Assembly: GCA_963847625.1 (NCBI GenBank)
Contig: CAWKAR010000041.1
Coordinates: 1 to 64,000 of the forward strand
DNA: 64,000 nt
Direction: 5' to 3'
Source of the DNA: a candidate division FCPU426 bacterium
GTDB lineage: Bacteria > Oederibacteriota > Muellerivitia > Muellerivitales > Muellerivitaceae
In this document: positions 1-11,893 of the stretch, piece by piece
Numbering within the stretch: the stretch's first letter is position 1
Layout: the number at the start of each line of letters is the position of its first letter
The notes under the pieces: model-generated
What the model saw: only the letters and a program-made list of their open reading frames with translations
Databases searched by the model: none
What the model was told of the DNA's origin: nothing
Program-made: the position numbers and the translations under genes

Positions 1-775
1 GAATACAATATTTTCTTCTACCAGCCACTAAAAAATATCCTGATTTTTACTAATCGGAACTTTTGAAATAATATTAGGTGGCATGAACAAGCCGTAGTTA
101 CAACCTCAATCATGCTTTCTACATCTTGACCCAATGGCACCCGCCTGGAATCGCATATCGCCGGACTAGCAACCATTTTCCTCCCACTTATGTATTCAAC
201 ATGGTTATAAATCCTTTCGAGATTTGATCTTTTCAAATTTCTCGAAACCACCTTCAAGGATAACCGCATGAATAAAACCCTAACGATCCAAGCCACCCAG
301 TAGGTCTAAACGGGTTGGTAACCGGGACCTATAAGGTGTTCAAATGGTCCCAAACTGATACAGAAGAAATCCCATGTTCATCAATGACTCGAAATTCCCA
401 TGTCCCAAGGCTATTTAACTCCGCCTTTTTTCAAATTCCTTCATGTGCTGAAGGCCTATGCTTGCGATTCAACAGTTATTTGGTTTTGGATGATGAAGTT
501 TTAAATCAATAAAAAGTCAAAAATAGTTTTAACAAGTTCAAAAAACTGACATTTTAAGCATAAAAACGCCACTAAGCTTTAACGTGAAATACTGAAAACC
601 ATTGATTTTGTGGCTTTATGGTTTTTGGCTTTTTACACATTTTGGTATAAATTATGCTTACTTTTATCGTTAAAGTGTTTTCTCGTGAAACTAGATTTTA
701 AAAGAATTATAATCAGTTAGCAGGAGTTTTAACCTGAAAATGGGTTAAAGGTTTAAATGACGGGGTACGAATTTA

Positions 776-3700
776 ATGAATTTATTATCATTCACAATCT
801 ATATTTGGCGGCGAATCAGGCCACTCATACCGATTTTAGGAATCCTCGTTTTAACCGGATTCCTCACCCGGTCATGGGCCCAAACATGCACGCCAACCTC
901 AGCGCAGATCTGCGTGGCCAGTGACGACTGGTCCCAGGTCTACGTTGGCGGCGTTTACCTGGGCCAAGTCGCTTACTGCAACTGGGACGGCAGCGGAACC
1001 TGCCCCCCGGGTTGTATCAGCGTTCCCACATCCCTTTTAACCGGCAGTAAAGTTTACGTCTCCGTCTATACCCAAAATACCATGTGCAACAACCTTTATT
1101 CTTCCTGGGATCTGGACATCACCTGTTCAGGCGGGAATCATTCTGAAATCACAAGTTCTAGCGCGGGCATATCCATGGATTACGTGAGCGCCGGAAACCC
1201 TTCTACTCCCCCTGCCACCAACTGGTACGCGACCAATTACACCGGAACGGGCGGCACTTGGGTGGCCCCCGTGGTCGTCAACACCACGGCCGGATATTGC
1301 TGTTGGGGGCAAGGCATTTACAATCCTGTGACGGGTCAGCAAGTTCCATTTACAGCCGCAACGACCGATGGGGATTACAGTACAAGCAATTGCGGCGGCG
1401 CTCTTTTCTATACCCAAGCTACCACCATCCCACCGCCTTCGCCGACCGCGGGGCCGCCGACTTTGACGATCGCAAAAACCCTTGTGGCCGGGTCGGAAAA
1501 CGAGCAAGGTCAAGACATGTATGTGACCTTCCAAGTGATAGTTTGCGACACCGGGGGGCCCGTGACATCAGGCGGCGTGACGCTGATCGACAACCAAGCC
1601 GGTACTGGACCGCCTTTCGGTTTTGTAGGCTGGCTAGTTCCGGCAATTTCCCCTGTTTCCCTCATTGGCGGGCAAGCCAGTTGGCCGGCGCCCGCGGGCA
1701 ATGGGGCTACCGCGATCTGGGGCGACTTCCAAGGGAATTCCTGCGTGACCCTTATGGCCAGTATGGAAGATTATTACTGGTGGGGAAACGAATGCACAAC
1801 GATCACCAATACGGCCAGCGTGGGTTTTACCGGCGGCACTAAAACCTCAAATCCGCCGGTGACGGTAAGCCGCCCTTGCTTCACCGCCACCCCCACAGTG
1901 ACAAATACGTTTACGCCGGTACCCCCCAATCCTTCCTTGACCAAGACCACTGGCGGCCCCACCTCGAATTATAACGATTCCAGCGCCATCGCCATGACTA
2001 TCATGGTCTGCAACGCGGCGGGTGCGGGGCCAGGCACCGGCGTCACGGTGACCGACAACATCACCAATCCCCTGGGATGGGCCTTCCAAGGACCCCATTA
2101 CAGCCAATGGATTGTGACAGTGGGAAGTAATTCGGTGACGATCAATCCCATATCTACCACCTATCCGACCCTCAGCTGGCAGATCCTCGGCCTGCCGGGT
2201 AATGCTTGTGTCCCGATCGATTTCACCGTGGGTTCCTATAGCGTCAACACCAGCGATTATTGCCAAGTTGTCACTGACAAGGGGGTGGCCACTTGGTCGG
2301 GTGGGGGGCCGGTGAACAGCAACAACATTTCCATCACGGTTGTTTGCCCCACCACCCCGACGAATACACCCACTAGCACGCCAACAAACACTCCAACGAA
2401 GACACCCACACCCACTAATACTACCACCAATACCCCAACTTCCACATCCACGAACACCCCGACGAAAACCAACACTCCCACAAATACACCCACGAACACG
2501 CCGACTTATACACTCACAAATACGCCAACGAAAACCAACACACCCACGAATACCCCGACCATCACAAACACATTCACGAACACTCCGACCAACACACCTA
2601 CGAACACGCCGACAAAAACCAACACACCCACGAATACTCCGACGAACACCCCGACCAACACCCCCACTAATACGCCCACGAACACCCCGACTAAAACTAA
2701 TACTCCTACGAACACTCCCACGAATACTCCGACCAATACCCCTTCCAACACTCCAACCAATACCCCGACGAGAACCAATACTCCCACAAACACCCCTTCC
2801 AACACTCCCACCAACACTCCGACCAATACACCCACGAACACGCCGACTAGGACCAATACTCCCACGAACACACCGTCGAACACCCCCACAAACACCCCGT
2901 CCAACACTCCGATCAATACGCCGACGAATACACCCACGAATACGCCGACAAAAACCAATACTCCTACGAACACACCCACGAACACGCCAAGCAATACCCC
3001 TACGAACACTCCGTCCAACACTCCGACCAATACACCGACTAATACACCCACAAACACCCCGACGAAAACCAATACTCCCACGAACACACCCACGAATACG
3101 CCAAGCAACACCCCTACGAATACCCCTCCCAACACTCCGACCAATACACCGACTAATACACCCACAAACACCCCGACGAAAACCAATACTCCCACGAACA
3201 CACCCACGAACACGCCAAGCAATACCCCTACGAACACCCCGTCCAACACTCCGACCAATACACCGACTAATACACCCACAAACACCCCGACGAAAACCAA
3301 TACTCCTACGAACACACCCACGAACACGCCAAGCAATACCCCTACGAACACCCCGTCCAACACTCCGACCAATACACCGACTAATACACCCACAAACACC
3401 CCGACGAAAACCAATACTCCCACGAACACACCCACGAATACGCCTAGCAATACCCCTACAAACACCCCGCCGAATACTCCGACCAATTCACCGACGAATA
3501 CACCCACGAACACCCCGACGAAAACCAATACTCCCACTAACACACCAATGAATACACCTAGCAATACCCCTACAAACACCCCGCCGAATACTCCGACCAA
3601 TTCACCGACGAATACACCCACGAACACCCCGACGAAAACCAATACTCCCACTAACACACCAACGAATACACCTAGCAATACCCCTACAAACACCCCGTCC

Positions 3701-6700
3701 AACACTCCGACCAATACGCCGACGAATACACCTACGAATACGCCGACAAAAACGAACACACCAACCAATACTCCGACGAACACTCCGTCCAACACCCCGA
3801 CGAACACGCCCACGCTGACCCCGACGACCACGCCCACTTTCACACCTACAAATACGCGGACCAATACCCCTACGCTGACCCCAACGACCACGCCCACTTT
3901 CACGCCCACGAATACACCGACCAACACCCCGACGAACACGCCCACGCTGACCCCGACGACCACACTCACTTTCACACCTACAAATACGCGGACCAATACG
4001 CCGACCAATACCCCCACGAACACTCCGACGACTACACCTACTTTTACACCTACAAATACGCGGACCAATACGCCAACCAATACCCCTACGCTGACCCCAA
4101 CGACCACGCCCACTTTCACGCCCACGAACACCCCGACCAACACGCCGACAAACACCCCCACAAACACTCCGACGACTACACCTACTTTTACACCTACAAA
4201 TACGCGGACCAATACCCCGACCAATACCCCTACGCTGACCCCAACGACCACGCCAACTTTCACGTCAACGAATACGCCGACCAACACACCGACGAGCACA
4301 CCCACGTTGACCCCGACAACCACGCCCACTTTCACACCTACAAATACGCGGACCAATACCCCGACCAATACCCCTACGCTGACCCCGACGACCACATCAA
4401 GTTTCTCACCGACGAATACGCCGACCAACACACCGACGAGCACACCCACGTTGACCCCGACGACCACGTCCACTTTCACACCTACAAATACGCGGACCAA
4501 TACCCCTACGCTGACCCCAACGACCACATCAAGTTTCTCACCAACGAATACGCCGACCAACACACCGACGAGCACACCCACGCCGACTCCGACAACCACG
4601 CCCACTTTCACGCCCACGAATACGCCAACCAACACGCCGACGAACACTCCCACGTTGACCCCGACAACAACGCCCACTTTCACGCCGACGAATACGCCGA
4701 CCAACACACCAACGAACACGCCCACGCTGACCCCGACAACCACGCCCACTTTCACACCGACGAATACGCGGACCAATACGCCGACCAATACCCCTACGCT
4801 GACCCCAACGTCCACATCAAGTTTCTCACCGACAAATACGCCGACCAACACACCGACGAGCACACCCACGTTGACCCCGACGACCACGCCCACTTTCACG
4901 TCAACGAATACGCCGACTAAAACGCCGACGAATACCCCCACGAACACTCCGACGACTACACCTACATTCACACCGACCAATACGCCGACCAACACACCAA
5001 CGAACACGCCCACGCTGACCCCGACAACCACGCCCACTTTCACACCGACGAATACGCGGATCAATACGCCGACCAATACCCCTACGCTGACCCCAACGAC
5101 CACGCCAACTTTCACGTCAACGAATACGCCGACCAACACACCGACGAGCACACCCACGTTGACCCCGACGACCACGCCCACTTTCACACCCACGAATACA
5201 CCGACCAACACACCAACGAATACGCCCACGAACACTTCGACGACTACACCTACTTTCACACCTACAAATACGCGGACCAATACCCCGACCAATACCCCTA
5301 CGCTGACCCCAACGACCACATCAAGTTTCTCACCGACGAATACGCCGACCAACACACCGACGAGCACACCCACGTTGACCCCGACGACCACACCCACTTT
5401 CACACCCACAAATACACCGACCAACACACCAACGAATACGCCCACGAACACTTCGACGACTACACCTACTTTCACACCTACAAATACGCCGACCAATACC
5501 CCGACCAATACCCCTACGCTGACCCCAACGACCACATCAAGTTTCTCACCAACGAATACGCCGACCAACACACCGACGAGCACGCCCACGCAGACTCCGA
5601 CAACCACGCCCACTTTCACGCCCACGAATACACCGACCAACACACCAACGAACACGCCCACGCTGACCCCGACAACCACACCTACTATCACACCGACCAA
5701 TACGCCGACCAACACACCGACGAGCACGCCCACGAACACTTCGACGACTACACCTACTTTCACACCTACAAATACGCCGACCAATACCCCGACCAATACC
5801 CCTACGCTGACCCCAACGACCACATCAAGTTTCTCACCGACGAATACGCTGACCAACACACCGACGAACACGCCCACGCAGACTCCGACAACCACGCCCA
5901 CTTACACGCCCACGAATACGCCGACCAATACCCCTACGCTGACCCCAACGACTACCTCAAGTTTCTCGCCGACGAATACGCCGACCAACACACCAACGAA
6001 CACGCCCACGCATGACCCCAACGACTACATCAAGTTTCTCACCGACGAATACGCCCACCAACACGCCCACTAATACCCCGACTAATACACCTACGAATAC
6101 GCCTACCAATACACCCACCAACACTCCCACGAATACGCCGACGAACACTCCTACCAACACACCCACAAACACACCAAGCTATACTCCGACGAACACCCCA
6201 ACCAGTACCCCGACTAATACACCTACGAATACACCTACCAATACGCTCACAAACACCGCGACTAATATTCCGACTAATACACCCACTAGCACTTTTACGA
6301 ATACCCCGACGAACACCTCAACCAATACCCCGACTAATACCCCTACAAATACACCGACTAATACACCTACGAATACACCTACCAATTCACCCACAAACAC
6401 TCCGACTAACACACCAACCAATACACCCATCTTCACTTCAACGGATACTCCGACTTACACGCCCACAAATACACCAACCAATACCAACACTTCTACCAAC
6501 ACGCCCACGAACACCCCAACCAGCACACCCACCAATACCCCGACCAATACGCCAACCAATACTCCGACGAATACGCCTACGAACACGCCGACTAACACCC
6601 CGACCAGTACACCCACCGATACCCCGACAAATACACCGACACTCACGACCACAAATACTCCGACCAATACCAACACTCCCACTAATACACCTACGAACAC

Positions 6701-8627
6701 CCCGACCAGTACACCCACGAACACCCAGACCAATACCCCGACGTATACGCCGACGCCCACCCCCACGCAGACGAACACGGCGACGAACACCCTTTCCCCG
6801 ACAAATACCAATACGGCGACCAACACGCCGACGAACACGCCAACCCTAACGCCGACGAACACGTCGACGAATACATACACTCTCACGAACACCTCCACCA
6901 GCACATCCACCAATACACCCACGAATACGGCGACGAACACTCCCTCCAATACACCCACCGACACTCCGACGAACACCTTGACCTCCACGACCACGAATAC
7001 GCCGACCAATACCAATACTCCCACGAATACGCCGACGAATACCCCAACCTCTACTCCGACCAACACGCCGACGAATACCAACACCCCCACGAATACCCCG
7101 ACAAGCACACCCACCAATACACCCACGAATACGCCGACGAATACCCCAACCCCCACGTCGACGAATACGCCGACGGATACCAACACTCCCACGAACACGC
7201 CAACTTCCACGTCGACTCCCACACCGACGGATACCAACACCCCAACATCCACGCCGACGAACACCCCAACATTCACGCCGACGAACACGCCAACTAAAAC
7301 CAATACACCGACCAACACCCCTACGCCCACGAACACGAATACGCCCACGAACACTCCTACGCCCACACCGGTGGTGACACTGCAAAAGCAGGAATCTGAA
7401 ACAATGGGCTTCCCCGGAGATCCCGTGACCTACACGCTAAACCTGAATGTGGCCTACAACTTCGTGACCGGGCTGATCGTGAATGACCCATTACCGGCTC
7501 AATGCGGTTTCGTGTCATTCGGAACCTCTCCGGCAGGCACGGCCGCAGTGACGAACGTAACGGGAGGGGTAACGGTGATGAACTGGACTCTGCCCACACT
7601 GGCTCCTGGGAACTACCAACTGACTTACGCGGTTACGATCAACGACTTCACGCAAGGAGGGCCGATGGTGAACTGCGCGGTGGGGACTTATCCAGGGTCC
7701 ACTCCCAAGTCGGCGTGCGCGACGCTGATGGTGGCGGGGAACTACACGGTGAAAATCGGGGTTTACAACGAAGCGGGGGAATTGGTGAAGGAACTGCTGT
7801 TGGCGCAATATTCCCAGCCGCTGGTGAACCTGCAATTCAAGAACGGGAACGTCATCAGCGGGTTGAACACTCCGGTGACGATCTTAGACCAGAACCACGA
7901 AATCACGGTGTGGGACGGGACGAACCAGGACGGCTCCCCGGTCCCCAACGGGGATTACTACCTCAAGGTAGACAACATCGACTCATTCGGAGTGGACTCG
8001 AGTGTGGTCTTAAATGTGGACGTGAACCGGTCGCTGGAAAAAGTGACGATCGACATCTACAACGAGGCGGGGGAGATCGTGAGGACGCTGTACAGCGTGG
8101 TGGAGGACCCCCAGGGGTCGGTCATCACGGGGGTGAAGCTGTCAAGCGGGGTATTGGAGCCTGGGTCGCCGACGGACGGGAGCCTAGTCATTACGACCAA
8201 CAACGGAGTGACGGCGGTATGGGACGGGCGCGGGTCCAACAAGACCATGGTTCCCAACGGCAACTACTTCATCGAGGTGCACTCCACCGACGGCAAGGGC
8301 GGGGAGACGATGATCATCACGTCGGTGTTGGTGGTGAACAACGCGAAACTGGCGGCGCCCAGGGTATGGGCGTACCCGAACCCCCTGACGGGTGGAACAA
8401 AGCTGGTGACATTCCAGGGTTCGACGGCGGGGTTGAGCCTGAGCGTGAAGATCTACGACCTAGCCGGGGAACTGGTGACGGAGCTGAGGGGTGCGGGAGG
8501 GTCCAGCCAAGCGACCTGGAACGCGGCGGGGATCGCCAGCGGACTTTACATCGCCAAGACCGAGCAAAAGGACTCAAACGATAACGTCATTGCCAGGCAG
8601 ACCCTCAAGATCCTGGTGAAGCAATAA
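776..8627 (+). CDS. Giant secreted Thr/Pro/Asn-repeat surface protein: Cys-rich N-terminal domain, DUF11-like Ig domains, ~1670-aa TPTN stalk, two FlgD-like Ig domains, T9SS-like C-terminal domain; frameshifted at 6012
   Basis: ORFs 776..6073 and 6012..8627 join into one ~2616-aa frame if the extra A at 6012 is removed (cccacgCATGacccca vs repeat consensus cccacgCTGacccca). Signal peptide ends ..[19 protein letters not shown] and [17 protein letters not shown] are FlgD-Ig-type motifs. C-terminus YPNP...IYDLAGELV...WN...ASGLYI. Confidence 0.85.
2351..7370 (+). repeat. Coding tandem repeat (TPTN stalk) with higher-order units of 114 bp (~2947-3760) and mostly 72 bp (~3810-6010)
   Basis: gac(g/a)aaaac recurs at 2947, 3061, 3175, 3289, 3403, 3517, 3631, 3745 (114-bp period). 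g(c/t)tgacccc recurs at 3874, 3946, 4090, 4234, 4306, 4378 (multiples of 72). Confidence 0.9.
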
Positions 8628-9179
8628 AAGAAAAAGGCCGCTTTCTGTCTCGAATCCAAGTTTGAGGGTGGCTATGACCCCTTTCCGGCGTTTTATCGGG
8701 GCGGCACAACCTTAATACCGAACGATAAAAAAACTACCGCTAAACTGGGGATTTCAACAAGATCCCAATCCAGCACTCGTTTGGTATCCTCGGAAGGATT
8801 AACTCGGGCCCTCTATGGTATAGCAGCATTTTGTCTATAATCATGAGGGGACCATACAGGGAGGGCAAGGAAACTGGGGATATAATGGCGAGTCAGACTG
8901 TCGCCTCGGGGCATGGAACCTAGTATTGCCAAGTAAACAGTGTGATTGTTGTTTTAACCCAACTGATGGTCACGCCCTTGCAGAATCCATATTCTGCACC
9001 AATGAGTCAACAAATCTCGTCCAACCCCGAATATTCGACTACTTTTCAAATAGATTTCCAGGCTAAACGATGCGAATAATATTTGCACCCTACAAGATGC
9101 CGGCAGACGAGGTAAACACTATTATTTGTTTAGAGTTAAGCCGAAAAGTAATGTGCATTCCTAGAGTTAAGAAGGTGAC

Positions 9180-10385
9180 TTGATAACAAAAATGGCTGAC
9201 TTAAACAGATATCGCGAAGAAGTTCTCGCGGAATTAACGAATGACATTCTTGCTTTTTGGATACAGAACGTTATCGATTTCGATTCAGGCGGCTTCCATG
9301 GTTCGGTGAGTGGCAAGGGCATCGCCGAACCGGCGGCGGATAAGGGTGTGGTTTTGGCGACACGCATTTTGTGGACTTTCTCGCGGGCCTATACCAGGGT
9401 GGGAAATGAGAAGTATATTCGGGCCGCCGAGTTAATGTACCGCTATCTCCGGGACCATTTCTTGGACAAGGAGCACGGGGGCGTCTTCTGGCTTGTTGAC
9501 TACAAGGGAAGGCCCCTTGACACTACCAAGAAATTATATGGGCAGGCTTTTGCAATATACTCGTTTTCCGAATTTTCATACGCGTCCGGCGACCGGCAGG
9601 CCTTGGATGAAGCACAAAAATTGTTTGGGCTGGTAGAAAGACATGGAAGGGATCCTGTCGAGGGTGGTTATCTTGACGCCCTTGGAGGCGACTGGGCGCC
9701 GGTCCGGGATACCAGGCTTTCCGAGAAGGATCTCAACACCCCCAAAACCATGAACACTAACCTTCATATTCTGGAGGCATACTCGGAACTTGCCCAATAT
9801 GACCCGGCGGGGCCCGTGATCGAAGCCCTGGAAAGCCTCGTGAAGGTTTTCTTGGAGAAAATCATCCTGCCCAACCGCCATTTCGGGCTTTATTTTGACA
9901 TGGCGTGGAATGAAGTCTCGGGAAAGATTTCCTACGGCCATGATATCGAAGGCAGTTGGCTGTTGACCGAGGCCGCCGAAAGGACGGGCCGCGAAAAGCT
10001 GGTGAAGAAAGTCACACCTGTTGCTGTTGATATGGCCCGGACGGTCCTAGAGGAAGGCCTGGACGCCGAGGGGGCCGTTTTGAACGAAAGGGCGGCAAAT
10101 GGATCCCTGAAGCCAGGCAAGGAATGGTGGATGCAGGCGGAAGCGATGGTCGGTTTTTTCAATGCTTACGAGATGACCGGAAAGGACATTTATTTCGAGA
10201 AATCATTGTCGGCATGGGAATATTGTAAAAAATATTTTTTACGACCCGGCGGAGAATGGTTTTCCGGCATCAATGATGAGGGCATGCCGGATCTTGAACG
10301 CGAGATCGCGGGCTCGTGGAAGTGTCCGTATCATACGGGAAGGGCCTGCTTGGAAATCATCGAAAGAACAGAGGGAAAGGCTTGA
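9180..10385 (+). CDS. AGE-family epimerase, probable cellobiose 2-epimerase
   Basis: Motifs R-ILWTFS, KTMNTNLHILEAY, SYGHDIEGSWLL, WWxQAE, WKCPYHTGRAC. Confidence 0.85.
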   Translation: MITKMADLNRYREEVLAELTNDILAFWIQNVIDFDSGGFHGSVSGKGIAEPAADKGVVLATRILWTFSRAYTRVGNEKYIRAAELMYRYLRDHFLDKEHGGVFWLVDYKGRPLDTTKKLYGQAFAIYSFSEFSYASGDRQALDEAQKLFGLVERHGRDPVEGGYLDALGGDWAPVRDTRLSEKDLNTPKTMNTNLHILEAYSELAQYDPAGPVIEALESLVKVFLEKIILPNRHFGLYFDMAWNEVSGKISYGHDIEGSWLLTEAAERTGREKLVKKVTPVAVDMARTVLEEGLDAEGAVLNERAANGSLKPGKEWWMQAEAMVGFFNAYEMTGKDIYFEKSLSAWEYCKKYFLRPGGEWFSGINDEGMPDLEREIAGSWKCPYHTGRACLEIIERTEGKA

Positions 10386-10495
10386 GGAATACATGGGATA
10401 AGTCCTCGGTGGATTAATATCGGATTTGGAAGCGAGCCGTTATTTTCAGGTAAGAAACTTTGACTTAAAACAAAATAATGCAAAAATAAGGCGTT

Positions 10496-10975
10496 ATGGA
10501 AATTTTAAAAATGGTCGCGTGCGCCGTCCTTTGCCTGGCGGCCGGGGGGATCGGTAGCGTTTTCACAAGACGCAAAATACCGGGTTGGTACAAAGATCTG
10601 AAGAAACCATCTTTCAACCCTCCCAATTGGTTGTTCGGACCTGTTTGGACCCTGCTTTACCTGCTCATGGGCGGGGCCCTCTACCGGATCTGGAGCCTCC
10701 CAGATTATGTGGCGGGCCGCAACACGGCCCTGGCTTTCTTTTTCATCCAGCTTTTCCTGAACGCTTTTTGGAGCTACGTCTTTTTCGGGATGCAGGCCCT
10801 TTGGCAGGCCTTTCGTGAACTTCTGGCCCTTTGGGCTTTCATCGCCTTGACGATCATGCAATTCCAGCGCCTGGATCCTCCCGCCGCCTGGCTTCTCGCC
10901 CCCTACCTGGCCTGGGTTAGCTTCGCGGGCCTCCTAAACTTTGCTATCGCGAAGTTGAATCCTGAAACTGAATAA
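10496..10975 (+). CDS. tspO: TspO/MBR tryptophan-rich sensory protein
   Basis: WY..LKKPSFNPPNWLFGPVWTLLY, LNAFWS.VFFG, LLAPYLAWVSFA..LN. Confidence 0.9.
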   Translation: MEILKMVACAVLCLAAGGIGSVFTRRKIPGWYKDLKKPSFNPPNWLFGPVWTLLYLLMGGALYRIWSLPDYVAGRNTALAFFFIQLFLNAFWSYVFFGMQALWQAFRELLALWAFIALTIMQFQRLDPPAAWLLAPYLAWVSFAGLLNFAIAKLNPETE

Positions 10976-11068
10976 GGTTTCAGCACAGGATTAAACCAGT
11001 TTTATTCCCAATTCTCCGTATCCTTGCGCAAATCGTCCCACAAAATAAGCGGGACCCCGGACAATAAA

Positions 11069-11095
11069 AAAAGCCCCGCATAGGACGGGGCTTTT
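11069..11095. terminator. Bidirectional intrinsic terminator between convergent genes
   Basis: aaaagccccg-catagga-cggggctttt, A/T tracts on both sides. Confidence 0.7.
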
Positions 11096-11121
11096 GGTTA
11101 ATTACTTTTTCATTAAGGCTT

Positions 11122-11499
11122 TTACTCGGACTTTTCCTCCGTTTTCCCCTTTTCTTTCATCATCCCTTTTCCTTCCATGCTATCGGAACCCGGCATCGCG
11201 TCCTTGCGATTCATCATTCCGGGGCCTCCCGCCGGGCATTGGCCGTTCATCATGCCGGGAGACCACATCCCATGCCGGTGCCATCCACCTCCGGCCCAAG
11301 GTCGCTGCTCTGAATAACCGCAAGCCGTGCCATGGCAATGGCGGCAACAGGCGGTCGCGGCCAGGCAAACGGGTCCCATCAGGGAAACCGCGATAATGAT
11401 CCAGGCGATCACACGGCCAATGGTCTTCGTATGATCCTTTTCCTTCTCGGCCAAGGTTAAAACCCAATAGCCAACCGCTAAACTGATTAAATAAGCCAC
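11122..11499 (-). CDS. Small membrane protein with two hydrophobic segments and a Cys/His/Met/Gly-rich tail; start uncertain
   Basis: 125-aa ORF, GGAGGA RBS upstream, terminator downstream. Confidence 0.6.
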   Translation of the reverse strand: MAYLISLAVGYWVLTLAEKEKDHTKTIGRVIAWIIIAVSLMGPVCLAATACCRHCHGTACGYSEQRPWAGGGWHRHGMWSPGMMNGQCPAGGPGMMNRKDAMPGSDSMEGKGMMKEKGKTEEKSE

Positions 11500-11893
11500 A
11501 ATCCGATGCGTAATTATTTATCCTCCCTCATTTCGAAAAACTGAGCTTCAAGGTTTTAGACGCGCAACGGCATAGTAATAGGCCTCACATTCTGGTAATT
11601 ATTATCTTACGTCAATCAAGGGAATCGGTGCTATACGGGCTTTTAGCCGGCAATACCCGGGCGGGTGAATGAAGGGATGGATTTGGTCTAAAAGCTGCCG
11701 AAAAAGATTCTTGCAAACGCTTTCTTATCCTCTGCGAAAAAACCTGTTTTGACGGCTATCAATTTGCGGGACCGGGAAACTGGTGGTAGCATCAACCTGT
11801 TTGTTAAAGGCCCGGCCGGTCTTTGGAGCCGGGGAGAGCCGTTTTTCGATCACGCCACCGTTTTTTGCGGGGCAAAAATTAAGGAGACTTCCC

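Noticed and set aside
18..512. Short ORFs at the left edge
   Set aside because: AT-rich, no recognisable motifs; cannot be supported as genes.
2506..5901. 1131-aa Val/Gly-rich minus-strand ORF, and similar ones at 6455-7366 and 63331-63996
   Set aside because: Antisense shadows of the Thr/Pro/Asn codon repeats, whose reverse complement rarely contains stops.
2351..7370. Possible CRISPR array
   Set aside because: Repeats are in-frame coding units with no unique spacers, and no cas genes are present.
8628..9179. 550-bp intergenic region as a possible ncRNA
   Set aside because: Only a short hairpin (tgcagaat/attctgca) and no recognisable RNA family motif.
11555..11583. Sixth ECF-like site (CGTCTAAA, minus strand)
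   Set aside because: No GACAC at the expected spacing, so it is not counted in the regulon; it could belong to another ECF.
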